From: Ginglymostoma cirratum | Taxonomy: Eukaryota | Direction of reading: 5' to 3' | DNA length: 64,000 nucleotides | NCBI GenBank assembly: GCA_024137785.1 | Contig: JAHRHZ010000062.1 | Coordinates: 26,894,244-26,958,243, forward strand | Shown here: piece after piece, positions 38,775 to 52,819 of the stretch | Layout of the letters: the number at the start of each line of letters is the position of its first letter | Numbering within the stretch: the stretch's first letter is position 1 | Position numbers and translations under genes: made by a program | The notes under the pieces: model-generated | Told to the model about the DNA's origin: nothing | The model's input: only the letters and a program-made list of their open reading frames with translations | The model's database searches: none

Positions 38775-39075
38775 GAACAGGAAGTCACAGTCTAAGAATA
38801 CAGTGCAAACTATTTAGCACTAAGATGAGGAGAAATCTCTTCATCCAGAGAGTGGGACACTTTGGAACTCATTACCACAGAAAGCAGTTGAGCCCAAACT
38901 ATTGTACGATTTCAAGGAGGAGTTGGATATAGCACTTGGGGATAAAAGGGTTAAAGGATGTGGGGGAATAAAGCAGGCTATTCAATCAGATGATCAGCCA
39001 TGATCATTATGAATGGTGAAGCAAGCTCAAAAGGACTGAATGGCCTACTCCTGCTCCTACTTTCTACGTTTCTAG
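38775..39075 (+). mobile_element. CR1 3' fragment
   Basis: MRRNLFIQRVG (ORF 38726); tail gatcagccatgatcattatgaatggtgaagcaagctc...gaatggcctactcctgctcct. Confidence 0.85.
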
Positions 39076-39462
39076 GAACAGCTTGTGGGTGCGAATGCGA
39101 TAGTCAGAATCCTTCAGAGCTCTGAAAGGGAATATTTTCTCTGTAGTCAGTCAGATTACTTTTCCTTCACTAGTTACCGTGAACTGTAGCTTTAACCAAT
39201 AAGTCAGAAACTTTACACTGGCAAACCAGACACTCTGTGTCTCTTACAAGCAAGCAAAAATACCTGGAGAAGAAGGATTGAGAAGCAGGTCACGGCAAGA
39301 AAATGGATCATCTCAGCGAACCCTGTTGACAGATAACATTAAACTGGCTTTGCAGGTTTTCCCTCTACCTGTAACACCAATTTTTTTTTGGTGTCTGTTT
39401 GCATGGGTGTGTAGGGGGACGTGTTATAAGGGGACCAGTGTTCAACTAATCAAGTTATCAGA

Positions 39463-39544
39463 GATGCTGCCTGGCCTGCTGTGTTCTTCCAGCTCCACAC
39501 TGTGTTGTCCCTGACTCCAACATCTGCAGTTCTTGCTATCTCTG
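39463..39544 (+). mobile_element. Penelope-like 3' tail fragment
   Basis: Highly similar to 48788-48868. Confidence 0.8.
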
Positions 39545-39684
39545 TACTTTCCGTTAACCTGGGTCTAAAAGTCAGGCAGATAGGGAACTTTGTATGCTTT
39601 AATAAAATGTTTAACTTTATGATGACTCCAGAAATAGTAAAGCTTGGGTTTTCAGCCCTCCACCCCAGGAAGAGCATATATAAG

Positions 39685-40040
39685 CATATGTATTAGGAAC
39701 AGGAGCAAGCCATTTGGTACATTGAGCCAGAACAGCCATTTGATAAGATCTTAGCTGATCAAAGCTGAACTTCAGCTCCACTTTTCTACCTAACTTGGAC
39801 ACCATTTGAATTCCTTGTTCTGAAGGAATCTAACAGTCCTGAAAACATTCAATGACACTGCCCCAATTTCTCTGAGGGAGAGAATTGTGCAGAATAACGG
39901 CTCAGAGAATAAAAGAAAGACTCGTACATTTTATTTTTAAATGGGAAACCACTTATTTTTTAAACTGTGTCTCTTTGTTATAGCCTCTCCCAAAAGCGGG
40001 AAAACCCCTATTAGCATTTACTCTGTCAGGTCCTCTCAAA
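39685..40040 (-). mobile_element. Old CR1 3' fragment
   Basis: attaggaacaggagcaagccattt...ccatttgataagatcttagctgatc resembles the reverse complement of the 38990-39065 tail. Confidence 0.65.
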
Positions 40041-40153
40041 GCAGGTTGACAGAAGGGTGTTCGAGTACATTTGCAAACAGCAAAATACCAGACGCTGAAA
40101 ATCTGAAATAAAACAGCAAATTTTGAAAGTAATGAGCAGGGCAGACAGCTTCT

Positions 40154-40204
40154 GGGGTGGGGGTGGGGGTGGGGGTGGGGGTGGGGGTGTGGGGGGTGGG
40201 GGGG
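40154..40204 (+). repeat. (GGGGGT)n G-rich microsatellite
   Basis: Directly visible: eight runs of 4 or more G. Confidence 0.9.
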
Positions 40205-41109
40205 AAGGTGTGGTTATGGGGGGTGGAGAACAAGTCAATAGGCATCCTATATCACCAAGGCCTTAACACAACACTTGTTGAAGCCCCAAGCAATTTAAAA
40301 GTTGAGGCGAGCCTGCCTCCACATGACTGGCCATCCTGAACTAATTTAATAGTCAACCAATCAATAATTGGATCAAGGCAATATTCTGCCTTGTGAGTCC
40401 AATAGCTACCGGTCAATCAGATGCTTGCTAGCTCTCTCATCCATCAAGAATATTGGTCACTGCTGAGACTGCAGGCAGTCCACTACAATAAGGTGGAGTT
40501 GGATCATGAGGTAAAGATATTTTGATTTAATCCCTGCTCTCCCCCTTCATTTCTTTCACGTAAGCATGGCCCCTTTTGAGATTTGCTTGTTGCTGGCTCC
40601 CTGGCCACATGGGTGTTTTTTCCTGGTGGTGGAAGTATTGAATAAAATTATTTGCACAATGGTGTCCTTACTGAGTCCCTGCACTTACACACACACACAC
40701 ACAACATGGGTGCTGGGGAAAAGTAAAACACTACTGCTGTGTAGCCACAGCTAGCTCAGAGTCAGGGTAAAATAAATTTTAAAAAAAATACAAAGTTAGT
40801 TTTCTTCTGGATAAGACTGGTTAGCCCTGGAAGGCTGGTTTTGGGATTGGGAAGAGAGGTGATGTCATGTATGGGAGTGACTCCAATAGGCATAGACTAC
40901 CTGAAAAGGAAGGCAAATCCCTCAGCCTGCAAATACCATGGTGCTGCCACAACGCTGCTCGACTTTATACCTGCTGGTCGGACTTTTCCTGGCAGGCCTT
41001 TCTTCAGCACTTCTCTCTACACTAGTGATGCTCGATCTTTTGAATATTTTCAGATTATTGTGCTTTTACTTCAGGATTCCAGCATCTACAGTACTTTATT
41101 TTTCTTTCT

Positions 41110-41392
41110 TTTACTGAGATGCGGGAACCAACATTTGTTGCTAATTTCTAATTATCCTTGAACTGAGCAGCTGACTGGGCCATTCTGGACAGCAGTTAGG
41201 AGTTAACAACATTGCTGTAGGCCATACCAGGTAAAGATGGCAGATTGCTTTCTCCAAAACACAGTAGTGAACCAGATAAGTGTTGATGACAATCAATTGT
41301 AGTTTCATGGTCACCATTTCTGAGCCAAGCTTTCAATTTCAGCTTTATTAATTGAATTTAAATTTCACCAGCTGTCGCCAGGATGGAACTTA
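41110..41392 (-). mobile_element. SINE (family of 61201-61500), head-truncated
   Basis: ccaggtaaagatggcagatt...tagtgaaccagat is the reverse complement of atctggttcacta...aactgccatcctacctgg at 61365-61413. Confidence 0.7.
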
Positions 41393-41537
41393 ACACAGTA
41401 AGTACTCTGTCTGCCTGCAAATAGTTAAAGGACATTCTGCTTAATTTGGTCGATCCATCATCAGGATAAACTTGGCATCACATGCGTACTGCCACTCATA
41501 CACCCCATTACCCACTTGTGAGGTAGGCAGAACATCT

Positions 41538-41905
41538 TAGACACAGAGTGACACAGCACACCCTTCCGTCCAACCAGCCCATGCCGAACATAATCCCAAA
41601 CTAAACTAGTCCCACCTGCCTGCTCCTGGCCCATATACCTCCAAACCTTTCTTATTCATGTACTGATCTAAGTGTCTTTTAAACATTGTAACTATGCCTG
41701 CATCCACTACTTCATTAGGAAGTTCATTCCACACATGAACCACCCTCTGTGTAAAAAAATTTGCCCCTCCTCTTTTTAAAATTTCTCTCCTCTCACCTTA
41801 AAAATATGGTCCCCAGTCTTGAAATCCCCCATCCTGGAGAAAAGACACTAGCCATTAACCCTAGCTGTACCCAAAATGGTTTAATAAATCTCCAAAAGGC
41901 CACCT
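41538..41905 (-). mobile_element. CR1 (HER1-like) 3' fragment
   Basis: Reverse-complement match to 26570-26915 (ttcattccacacatgaaccaccctctgtgt; aactaaactagtcccacctgc). Confidence 0.9.
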
Positions 41906-43059
41906 CTCTTGGCTTGACAACAGAATCTTGGTCATCATCAATGCAGTCTTATTTCTACTGTATAGGAACAGTGTGAAACAGTTGTTCACCTGTTGTTCAC
42001 GTTTTTGTGACACTTCACCCCTGCAGGATAGTTAGAGATAGAATGGGCATTTTCTGGACGAAAGTATGATCACTCCAATGAAAAGCTTCAGCAGCATGTC
42101 TCTTTGTTCAGCAATACTAATATTATATTTTAGCTACAATGATTTTGGAACAGTGATTTAATAAACATTAGATTGCTTTGATTCTCTTTGCATCTTTCGT
42201 GTGATCAGTCCCAGTACCAATAATTCATTGCAATTTACTCCTGGAACACTTCATGTATGTGAGTAAATAGAAAGCAAAGAACTCCTTCAGTACACTACAA
42301 ATAATGGGGAGTTCTCTGCTACTGTTTGAACTTGGCCAGTTATAGCACACCATAAAAAGCTAAACACACCCCAAACAGTAGTGGGATCTGAATTCTATCC
42401 TTCCTCACCAAATACATGCATAACTTTTGAAACATAATCGATATCATCAACTGTATTGAACTAGGAAGTGTCATCCAATTAGTCATTGATACTGACCACA
42501 TGCTCTTTGGGAAACTATGTGACAGTGGATTAGTTGCTGAAGCAGTACTAGTGTCCATGTGATGCCCTGTCTAGTACAGTACTCTGTGGTATTTGCACAG
42601 CTCTTCTGTGCCACACTGAAATGTATGTATTAAATCATGTCTTTCACCAGAATTTGGAGGTTCAAGTTAAAGTAGTAAGTTATTTTGTGTCACAAAATGG
42701 TAAATTCAAGGTTGTCCAGAAACAAAATAGTGCTGATGAAAGGTAAATTGGATGTGTTCCATCGCTCTTAAATTCATTCCATCCTGATGGTATGTTATTC
42801 CCCCTCTGCTGAGGCAAGAAACATATAACTTTGACAAAGTGTTTGACTCTCCTGGTCCCATTGCAAATTCTTACCAAATTTGCTTTTCCCTAACTCTGGA
42901 ACGTCATGTTCTCTGCTCAAATTTTTTTTTGCTAAGTTCAGCTTCTGTTCCTTTTTCACCCAGAGGCTTCACTACCTTCCTTGCCCATATTTCATTCAGA
43001 GTCAACAGCCTGTGTTGTGACCTGCACAAAGTCTGAATTTCCCATCACCTTGCCTTCTT

Positions 43060-43200
43060 TAGGTTCTGGGAAGGGTCACTCAACTCAAAACATTAACCGT
43101 GATTTCTGTCCACAGATGCTGTCAGACCTGCTGACCTTTTCCAGCAATCTCTATTTTAGTCTCTGATTTTCAGCACTCACAGTTATTTTGGTTTCTCTTT
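43060..43200 (+). mobile_element. Penelope-like terminus (family of 31187-31300), hammerhead decayed
   Basis: ggttctgggaagggtcactcaactcaaaacattaac...cacagatgctgtcagacctgctgacc...ccagcaa. Confidence 0.65.
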
Positions 43201-46200
43201 AGGTTTCATTGGCTCATCCAATCCCAATGAATCAAAGTACTTGTTCTTTCATTCACATTCCACCTTGTGCTTGTTTCCATAAAGCTTGGTGAACTCCTTC
43301 CTTGCATGGATACTTTATTTTTCCAACACCTAGCTTTCCTTTGTCTCCCTCTGCTCTACAATTCTTCAGCCAGTATATTCATCCAGTCCTCTGGATAACT
43401 CCGTCTTGTTCTCTCTACCTCTCTTTCCTGTAATTATATTTTCAGAAGACCCAACAAAACATTCTTGGGATGAAATAGACCTATTCCAGCAACATGAAAC
43501 AGATGAGTAACCCAATCTTCCTTTCACTGAAATTTACAGCATGACAGTTCAATCTCATTTTGGAGAATCATCCTATAGTCTTATTGTCACTTCTACTTTG
43601 TATGAAATTGAAGACCTTGACAATATTTTGCAAGTCGTAGGGAAATTTGAAAACAAGTAAAATGCATAACAGGTTGCCGATTCAATGGGAGCCTTTACAT
43701 GCTGCTGTTGTAGACTGACATCATCCCTTCTGTTTAACGGTATCATTGACTCTCACAATAACTTTACACTTTCCTTTCTCCTTCATATTTGATATTTGTT
43801 ATTCTTTTCTTATTATTACAAAGCACTTGCAGACATTTCCACCACAACAGAAATGCTCCTTCTTCTTGTGCTGGGATAAGCCTTTAGTTGTAGTGCCTGT
43901 TTCAGCTGGGCTACTTAAGAGAGTTGGTGATATTGATTCAAAAGCTGCACTCAGTCATTGTGATTAAAACAAGAATCCTAGTTTAGTGGATCTACATCAC
44001 TCAGATTGTAAGGACAACATGTCACTGAGTTACACAAATCATGAAGGTCTAGATTATTTCATTTCCCTTTGCCCTTCTCTTGAAGAAGCTAGTTGATATG
44101 GTTGAAAATCACACAGATACTGTGAGTATTCATTAGGGCTGAGCTTGATAGAAGCTGGGAAATCACAAAAGCCAGACCATATTCGAACCTAATATTCATT
44201 CATGCTTATTTTCCAGTAGGCTGCTGGACAGTATTTAGGAACAGGAATTTTCACCCTGCCCACTTTTGTTTTGTTTAAAACTAATTGTAACCATCCCTCC
44301 TAACACCCCAGCTGAAACTGATTAATTCAATTCATGGAGCTTGCTCTGTATGGCTAAGTGACGGCATAAATGTGGAGTTGACAACTGAATGAAAGTGGCA
44401 TCCTATCTGAATATGATTTCCTTTCAAAAATACTTGGACAAAGTCTTTTAGATTCTGTTGCAGAAGCTGTCAGTTTAGTACTTTGTCAGGAATTTTTAAC
44501 CTTAAGCAGGACCTTCAATGAAGTGGAATTCTTTTCCCTGTTATTAGTGGGAGGGAATGGTCAACAGTAAAAGAATTCTATCGGATCAATCTAAGATCTT
44601 GCAATTTTCCTTATAAAGACAGCACATTATGTCCTTCCGGGATACTATATACTTTGGGTAAAGACAAGTAAACACACGTAAGTAAAGACTAAGTTTAGTT
44701 TAAATTCATCTTCATTGGAAAATGTCATAAAAAACATTTCTTCATCAAAAAGAAGACTTTTTCCTTTTAATATGGCACAAAAATCCTGTTATAGTTGTGC
44801 ATAATCAATGAGAAATGTGATGAAAATAGGCTTTGCGTCAATGTGTGGCTCTGATAATTTCAATATGTGATTTACTTTATAGAGTCAATGTTAAATACTT
44901 TTTTTCCAGGGCAGTGGCACTGATTCAGTTTTTCATTAAAATCAGACCTTTTATTGTTTGTTTAAAAGACATGAAAGGGCTACATAATAATGTCATATGT
45001 CACATAGAGGCAGTTTCTATATAACACACACTTAAGCAACTAGTTTTACAGTTTTCATCAATTTAATACATCTATTAACCTTTGTGACATTCAGCTGAAA
45101 AGGCTATGTTTATCAGATAACTTTCCAGCACACTGGGCAAACCAAAAATCTTTTGGAAATGTTTGCTGAACTTATCTCCACAGCTGGAGTCCCAGAGCAT
45201 GTGTTTTATGGTTTTGCAGGAAGAGTCCTAAGTTTAGGTTTTTGAGAATGCTTTAGCAGAGATGAACAAATTCTACAAATAGAAAAATACATCAGTGCTC
45301 AGGTTGGAAAGAGAGACAAATAAAAAGCAGAAATGTGGAAGTGCCTGAAATCTGAAACAAAAACTAGAAAGTGCTGGAAACATACCAGCAGGCCAGCCAG
45401 ATTCTATGGAGGGAACAAATAAGTTAATATTTCACGCCTAAATCTATGTCAGTTTTGAAGGAATTTATTGCTCATCCCCTCATATTACACACATGGACAA
45501 TCACACACATGCAAGTACATATACATGCATGCGTATGCATGCACATACACAGGGATTAACATTCTGATTTCTCTCACTTATCTAGTCAGTAGTTTAATGC
45601 AAGCATTAGTTGGTAACTAACGCTTTCCACAGTGGAAGTTGGCAATTAGCAATTCCTTGATAATGCCGAGTCTGTACTCTTTCGGGTGAAATTCATCTCG
45701 ATGTCTTTGAGTAGGAAAGAGAAAAATATTGCCAAGGCTTGCCTTGCCTACTTTTGATTTAGTGATTCTTCCAAGAAAGCATACCTAAATAAACTGGTTT
45801 GATCTTGTCTTTGTTGCTCCCCACAGTGGAATAACCTACTGCCTTTAACCATAAAGTCATATGAAAAATGAGCACCTAGGGAAGGTCCTGGGAACCATGT
45901 CCCATACATTTCTGTGATTTCAGAAAGGGAAGGAAGGAAATGGTGACAATCCCTCTGAAATAATATAGATGATAGTAGTGTATGATGAATCATAAAAATT
46001 ATTATTATGGCTGCAAATTCAGAGTGAATTTATTTGTAAGCCTTGATAGCAAATCCGTGAACATTTGTCATTAGAACAAGAATAAATTAGACTAGCATGT
46101 AATGTTTTACTGTGAACCCTAGGTAAAACAATAGTAAGACTGGAAGACAGATAAGTTAGATGTTAACAAATACCAAAGTTTCAGCATACAACAGGTTCTA

Positions 46201-46379
46201 TGTCATTTTATGGAGGGATGAGAATAACAAATAACATTGATCATGGGAAGAGAATAAGAATTTGTTGTTATTTTGTTATCGGGACTGCCATCTCAGCAGG
46301 TGATGGTTGGTTTATCCAGAGAATATTGGCAGAATACAGATGTTAATCTGTGATCCTGCCATAAACAACGGAGAAGCGG

Positions 46380-47400
46380 AGGTGGAAGCAGTTCTAAGAA
46401 ACTAGAGGCTACTGAGATGGCCAAAAATATGTTCAGAAATTATAAGTATGGATAGAAGAGTGGAAAACTGGAGGGATTTAGGAAGTAGGGGCCAGAGAGT
46501 AAGGCCAACACTTGGTTACCAATGGCATTGCTAATGGAGGATGGGGTACACAAGTTCAAGTAGGGGATCAAAATGCTTGTGAAGTGGTGAGGATGGTGTG
46601 GAGTTAGTGGAAGAGAAGGTAGGGCATACAACAGATGTAGATTGTGGAAATTAATTGGGCTGTGGCTTTAAAGGGATTTAAAGGAAAAAAAAAGAGATTT
46701 CAAGCACAGTGGCCCTGATTTTAAGACTCCACACCTGATCAGAGAACAGTTAATAAGGGTCATACAAGTTGCTTGTGCCATTCTGATGATGCTATGCGCA
46801 CATTCCAAGTTAAAATTGGCACAAATATATTGAAGAAAATGACAATGCAGACTATAGATGATTAAATGGTGGATCATTGGAACTAAGTGCAATCCAAGAG
46901 GCTGGGCTCTGGAAAAGTTGGAATTCATCACGCTCATTTTACCTTTATTGTTATTGTGGATCCTAGCTTTATGCAACTTGGCTGCTACATATTGCATCAG
47001 TGATTTATATTTCAGAAGGAATCCCGTGGCTGTGAAGTACTTTGGCACAGCCTGAGGACTTAATAGACTCTATACTCAAAGCAGGTTTTTTTTCTTTTTC
47101 TTTCTCATGGAGGGTGGAGAAGTGGAGGTCAGCAAGGAGGACGTTGGCGAAATCGTGTCTAGAGGTGACCAAAGCATGGCTAAGCTTCCCAACAGCAATG
47201 GCCTGAGGTAGGGGCAGAGAAGTATAAGCAGACTGAATGAAGGAAAGATAATGTAAGAAATGGTGCTGAGATAATATAAGGTATTTTTTCAAAACTTGTC
47301 AATGTATTGGAATGAGGGGAGGCTAGCAATGATGAAGCTCTGAGATCCTGCATTGAAGTAGGTGATAACATGATGAACACTTATTTGGATAGTAGGAACG
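46380..47400 (-). mobile_element. L2 LINE fragments, interrupted by other sequence including a plus-strand Deu-SINE piece (~46940-47095)
   Basis: ORF 47005-47292 contains HALVTSRHDFANVLLADL, resembling the L2 motif HAFVTSRLDYxNxLLAGL. An L2-like 3' end lies at 46410-46520. Confidence 0.65.
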
Positions 47401-48564
47401 AAGAGAGAGGATTTGAATCTTACAATTTAACAAAGTTCAGAACAGTATTGACCATAGAGTACACAACAGTAAAGAAAAGGTTTTGAATGGAGGGAATAGC
47501 TAGAGATTAGAGGTGAGAGGAATGAAGTGAAAAGATGGTAAATTTACTCTGGAATCATTCTGGAAATACAAGAATTTGGACAGCTACACCAGATGTGAAC
47601 ATAGTATTTATGCTTTGGACCAAGGTGTCTTGAAACCAAGATAATAGTTATTGAAGAGAATTAAAATTTGTTCCATAACCACCTATATTTTATAAAGATA
47701 CCTTGAACATATAGTCTTCTAAATTAGAATCATCAGGAAAAAGCTTCTTGCGAAACTCAGTTACTCCTTTGTTAGAGTCAATGAAGCTTTAAGAGAATCA
47801 ATAACTTATAATTTTGCAATTGTATTCAAATAGGAAAATCAGTCAGTACTAAATAGAATTATATATCCTTTAGTTATTTGGTTGAATGGAATTTGAGTAT
47901 TGTTGAAAAAGACATTTTGTCAAAGGTTTTAATTGTGCACTCATGAGGACTATTTCCAAGAATATCAATGCAAATGGAAAATAACATTGATATTGTAAGA
48001 TTGGACAATATTGATTTGTTAGCAAGTGGACTTTGACTGATAGAGGTGCTGGCATGGAGAATGTACCATTGGGGTAATGATTGCTGGTTAACTATCAAAT
48101 TTATTTAAATTTTAAACAAGAGAGATTAATTCTGACTGAGAAATGGACCAGATGATGTCTGCTGGTTATTTTGTTAAGGTGAACCAGGGTCAATGTGTGT
48201 ACATGTTCTTTCTGATGCAATGAACAGGGCCCAGTGTCATATATTTGTAGGTTTGAGGATGTGCTATTGCACCTCACTGGCATTTCTAAACTGGTTGTCG
48301 TTGTAATTCTTCATGAACTCAGGATTATTTAGCAAATGTTGCCTAATTTGGAATTACATCTAATGTTTTTGCAACATGAGTGGTGTTCACCACTAAAAAG
48401 ATGCTGCCATCAAGCCACAAAAAGTGTACTTCCAGTCAAATAAATAAATCATATTGTGTATGAATTGCAGTCTCAGTTTGATGTTAGACATGAAAGATAT
48501 CCCAAAGACTGGGGAATTATATCAAATGGCATATCCCTTCAACTGTGTGTTATAAGCATCCCTA

Positions 48565-48869
48565 CCTCCTTCACCTGTTACAACTTGTCCATCTTCTCTC
48601 CCACCTATCTGCCCCACCCATCCCACTGACCAATCCCCACCACTCCCTACCTGCACTCACCTATCACCATCCCAACTACTTTCCCCAGCCCTACCCCTCC
48701 TCTTTCTATTTATTTCCCAGTTCCCTTCCCACTCCCCATTTCTGAAGAAGGGTCCCTAACTGCAATGTCAACTTTCCTGCACATCTGATGCTGCTTGGCA
48801 TGCTGCGTTCCTCCAGTTCCACACTGTGTTGTCTCTGACTCCAGCATCTGCAGTTCTTGCTATCTCTGA
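48565..48869 (+). mobile_element. Penelope-like element 3' region with decayed hammerhead
   Basis: C-rich tract followed by tttCTGAAGAAGGGtccctaactgcaatGTCaac (GAAAC core mutated) and the family tail ...ctccagcatctgcagttcttgctatctc. Confidence 0.8.
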
Positions 48870-49205
48870 GTTGTCTATATTTCTGTAATAAGCACTGACT
48901 GTATCAGACCTAGCTGTGCTTGCAAAAATCAAGGTACAATGTCCAAAGTTTGCTATGATTTCAAAAATCTATCCCAACCAGAGAAAATCATCAAAATTAC
49001 ATTTTAGCAGTCACTCTGAACTATACACTAGCCATTTGATCTAATCTGCCCCATCCACTGAGTATAGCGAGGCACAAAACAAGTTCAGGAAATAAGTAGC
49101 AGGACAGAAGTTTGTGCTTTCACATTCTAGGCATGTACTTTAATGCTAATGAGGCCTTTTTCAGTCTAGATTAGAGAATGAACACAACAACACCTGCCTC
49201 TCTCA

Positions 49206-49271
49206 GGGAGGAGAGGGAGAGGGGGAGAGGAGAGGGACAAGGAGAGGAAGAGGGGGAGGGGAGAGGAAGAG
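49206..49271 (+). repeat. GA polypurine tract
   Basis: Almost pure G/A for ~65 bp. Confidence 0.85.
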
Positions 49272-52200
49272 TCATTGACTGTGAGGTACAAAATGTCCCT
49301 AGAGGCAGTAACCTCTCTTTGTTCATTACCTCTTTACTAAACTTACCAGGAAGTGAGAGGTTTATTTTGGTGTGAAAGTGGAACCATATTGACTGTGATG
49401 CAACTTTCACTGAAGAAAATTGTTTACATGATCGAATCCTTTGCATACTATGTAGTTAGTCTTGGTATTTGTTCCGTGATATGGAATGAAGGCAGTAACA
49501 GTTCCATTCTACGTACAAATTTGTACTTCTTGACAGCTACAGAGAAGGCCTGCTATGAACTATGAAAACATCTGTAGTTTCAAGACAATGACATAGGTTG
49601 GCTCATTCAATAAGATTTCATGTTCCCCACAGTTATTCTAGTAACACGTCTGATGTTTCCTTACTTCCCATCTCAGCAATACTATTAAGGTGAGGAACTT
49701 GCTTGGAGAATCAAATCTTTGAGCTCTGCCTCAGTAATGTGTAACCTGTGTAAAGGAGTTCTTCTCAACCAATAGATTTTGATTTTAAATCTTTTGATTT
49801 TCAATAGACTAAGGGACCCTTTGTTCCCAAAAGCTTTCTCACCAGTTATCAACTAGTATCCAACTTTGTATTTCATAGAGAATCTCTCTCTCTCCCTCAA
49901 ACTATAACCTTTCTAGTTTACATTTGGACATTTTTCTCCAAATTTTCCTTCTCTCTTCAACCTAGCATCTATCACGCTCTCCAACCCAATTCAAAGTTGC
50001 ATAAAGTCTACCTTCCATTCAGCTTAATGCTTTTCTTCCACATTTCATTCAAGATGACACTGCCACCCTTTCTGTATCCTCTCATCTTTCCTTTCTCCAT
50101 CAGTTTCCTTTTCCTATCCCTTTCCTATCATTTTCACATTCCCTTTCACCATGTTTCCTCCCTCCCTTTTAATCATTATTCCTTTTCTATATCTTTTACT
50201 TCTCCTCTTCCATTTCCCATTAGCACTGCTTCAACCAAAATCCCACTGCTACTTTAAGATTATTTAACTGTTGCCTAATATTTTACAAGGGTATGGGTAG
50301 AACTGGTTTAACAAGAAACAGGCTTAATCCATGCCAATGCGTGAGTACTCAAATGGCAATTAAGACTGGACCCAAGACAAAACACTGAGCACTACATCAC
50401 ATATTGGGCAGCTTTGCTTATGTGTTTGCCATTGGTAAGTGTACTTTTGATGTTGAACAGAGCTGTACAGAACAGAAAGGCTTTAGGTTCAATGCTCAAT
50501 TTGTGCTGGATTAAGCGATATCAGCCAGTTAGGTATAATATTAACCCGAGTGCTTGTGAGATAAGGAAAGCAAAATAAATGAGGGGTCATGTTCTTGATC
50601 ACCATTGATTGATTCATAATGGAAAATGTAAGGCTTTGGTCATTAGCCTAACATTCAACGTTGTCATGGTTGAATGTCCCAATGGCAGTAAATGTCTTTG
50701 CTAACATAGGATGAAAGATCAGCATCTTTGGGACTACCACCTTGCATAAATCAGCATGTTTAGTAGAATTGAGAAGAAAACAAAAAACAACAATTACGAA
50801 GAATGTTCGTTGTGAAAGATAATACTGGATGAATACCAAAACTCAAGCTGATGTAGTTCAAATTCCAAACTGCATTTCTGAAATACAATTGACAGTTTGT
50901 CTCTGATACAAACACAGGCTTGTTTGGAGTTGCTTTGTTAGCTCTGTTCAGCGACATCTTACCTGATGGTTATCTCCCTCTGAAAACAGTAACTTCTGGT
51001 GTAAAGCTACTCGCTATGTGGTAATGCTGGATTTTTAAATTCTCAATGTGCATCAGAGAAAATGCCAGTAATATTGGTCTATGGCAAGCACAACAACCTA
51101 ATTTGACATTTAAATGCTTATTAAAACACTAAGCTCCTATGTCAACTTTGGCCTACATGGTAAATCAAGGCTGGATCTCTCAGCTGGAAAGTGTAAGCGA
51201 TTCACTGAACCTGGGGATGACTTTTAAGGTCTCCAAGACATAAATTAGAACAAGTAAGCAGACTTAACCCTTTGGAGGTCAGTTTCCTTTCTTACTCTCA
51301 ACATAAACAGGGACAATGATTTTATAATCTTATTCTATTGACTATGAGATAACACAGTGAAAATAGCATGACTATTTGCTGTGAGTGAACAAAATTTGTG
51401 TTGTTCATTGTGTAAACACATACATTAAGTTACACCAAGCAATAAAAGATTCTTAATTATTGCCATAATCCAAAATTAGGCCCAGGACCAAAAAGATAAC
51501 AATTCCTCTGTGAACTGAAATTTAGGTTAATCATGATCGGATATGAGTGCTGAATCCATTGCACTGGATCATATTTTTTCAAACAAGCTTCAGTTCAAAT
51601 AATTTTCAGTATGTGAAATCTAGTTGGGGAGGGAAGGTATAGAAATAAGGGGTAATGTAATAATATTGTTTAAACAAACCAAATATAATCCCAATATGCA
51701 ACTTCTAATAGTTTGAATATCAGATGTCATCAACTTAGAATCTGACCTTCAAAGCCCACACATAACTTTGCCACTTACTACATATGAGTGCTAGGTGCTA
51801 GTGAAGTACACTGGGGATTAAAAATAGGTAAATATTGCCTGTATTTTTGAAATCACATGAAACATTACTTTCCTTTAAGTTAAGTAAAAAGGAAATCCAC
51901 TGAACATAACATATTCCAATATGTAGAAACACCATAGGTTTTTACAAATATATTGAATCTGCATTATCTTAGATGATATCTATTGGAGCTTTGATCTTGC
52001 TCGTAGAACACCTAACAGTTTTATTCTGTATAGTGGCAGTGCTAATACGTGGTATAAAAATGCAGAGTGGTATCATGTATAAACTGTATAATGATAACAT
52101 TGTACTACATACAATGTATGATTGCTTTGTTATTCCACATAAAATATGTTACATTTTCATTATCTTTTGTGGAATCTATATGCAATGTATCATTTTATAT

Positions 52201-52819
52201 GTAATATATGGTGACCATGCCATGGTTTGTTAAATATATATCTTGGCAACATCATTTTCAGTTGAATATATTGCCACAATATCCTATCCAATAGTTATCA
52301 TCATCGGTTTTGATCTTATGTCTATCCACAAGATTGTTGTTGAATCTAGTAATTCTATTCATACCATTAAAACTATGATTGTTGTTTTATGATCATGACA
52401 GAAAACAATGCAGACTACAAATAAAATTCAAAAATTAATAATTTAAGCACAGAAATCTGCCAATTCCTCTACAGGGTTGAATTTTTATTATTTGATTGGT
52501 TATTTAAGCGAGATACTGTAAAGGTGTATATTTGTGAAAGGCAGCATAAATGTATTAAAATATGATACCCTATAGCAATCTGCTTCTGCAAGAAATACTG
52601 AATTTGGACGTATTTTTTGAATCATGGAAATTTGGTAGAAAGGATGCATTTGAGACATTGCATATGTATCCAACCCAGTTCTTTAACTAGAGCTGCCTCC
52701 ATGATCTGCATGAGTAGGTATTCCTGTAGGATTTACTATCCCTGTAATAATGATTTACCAACCCATTGTTACATGCTTGGGCACAGATTGTGGGATGATT
52801 AATGAAGGCATTAAAGATG

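Noticed and set aside
40026-40339. Pro-rich, PT-repeat and GV-repeat ORFs
   Set aside because: They are translations of the (GGGGGT)n microsatellite.
45500-45552. Alternating purine-pyrimidine tract with near-palindrome TGCATGCGTATGCATGCA
   Set aside because: An ordinary decayed CA/TA microsatellite.
1800-47400. Minus-strand bias of retroelements as a hint of host-gene orientation
   Set aside because: The bias is obvious only locally (e.g. 6.9-9.1 kb); over the whole window plus-strand copies are about as common.
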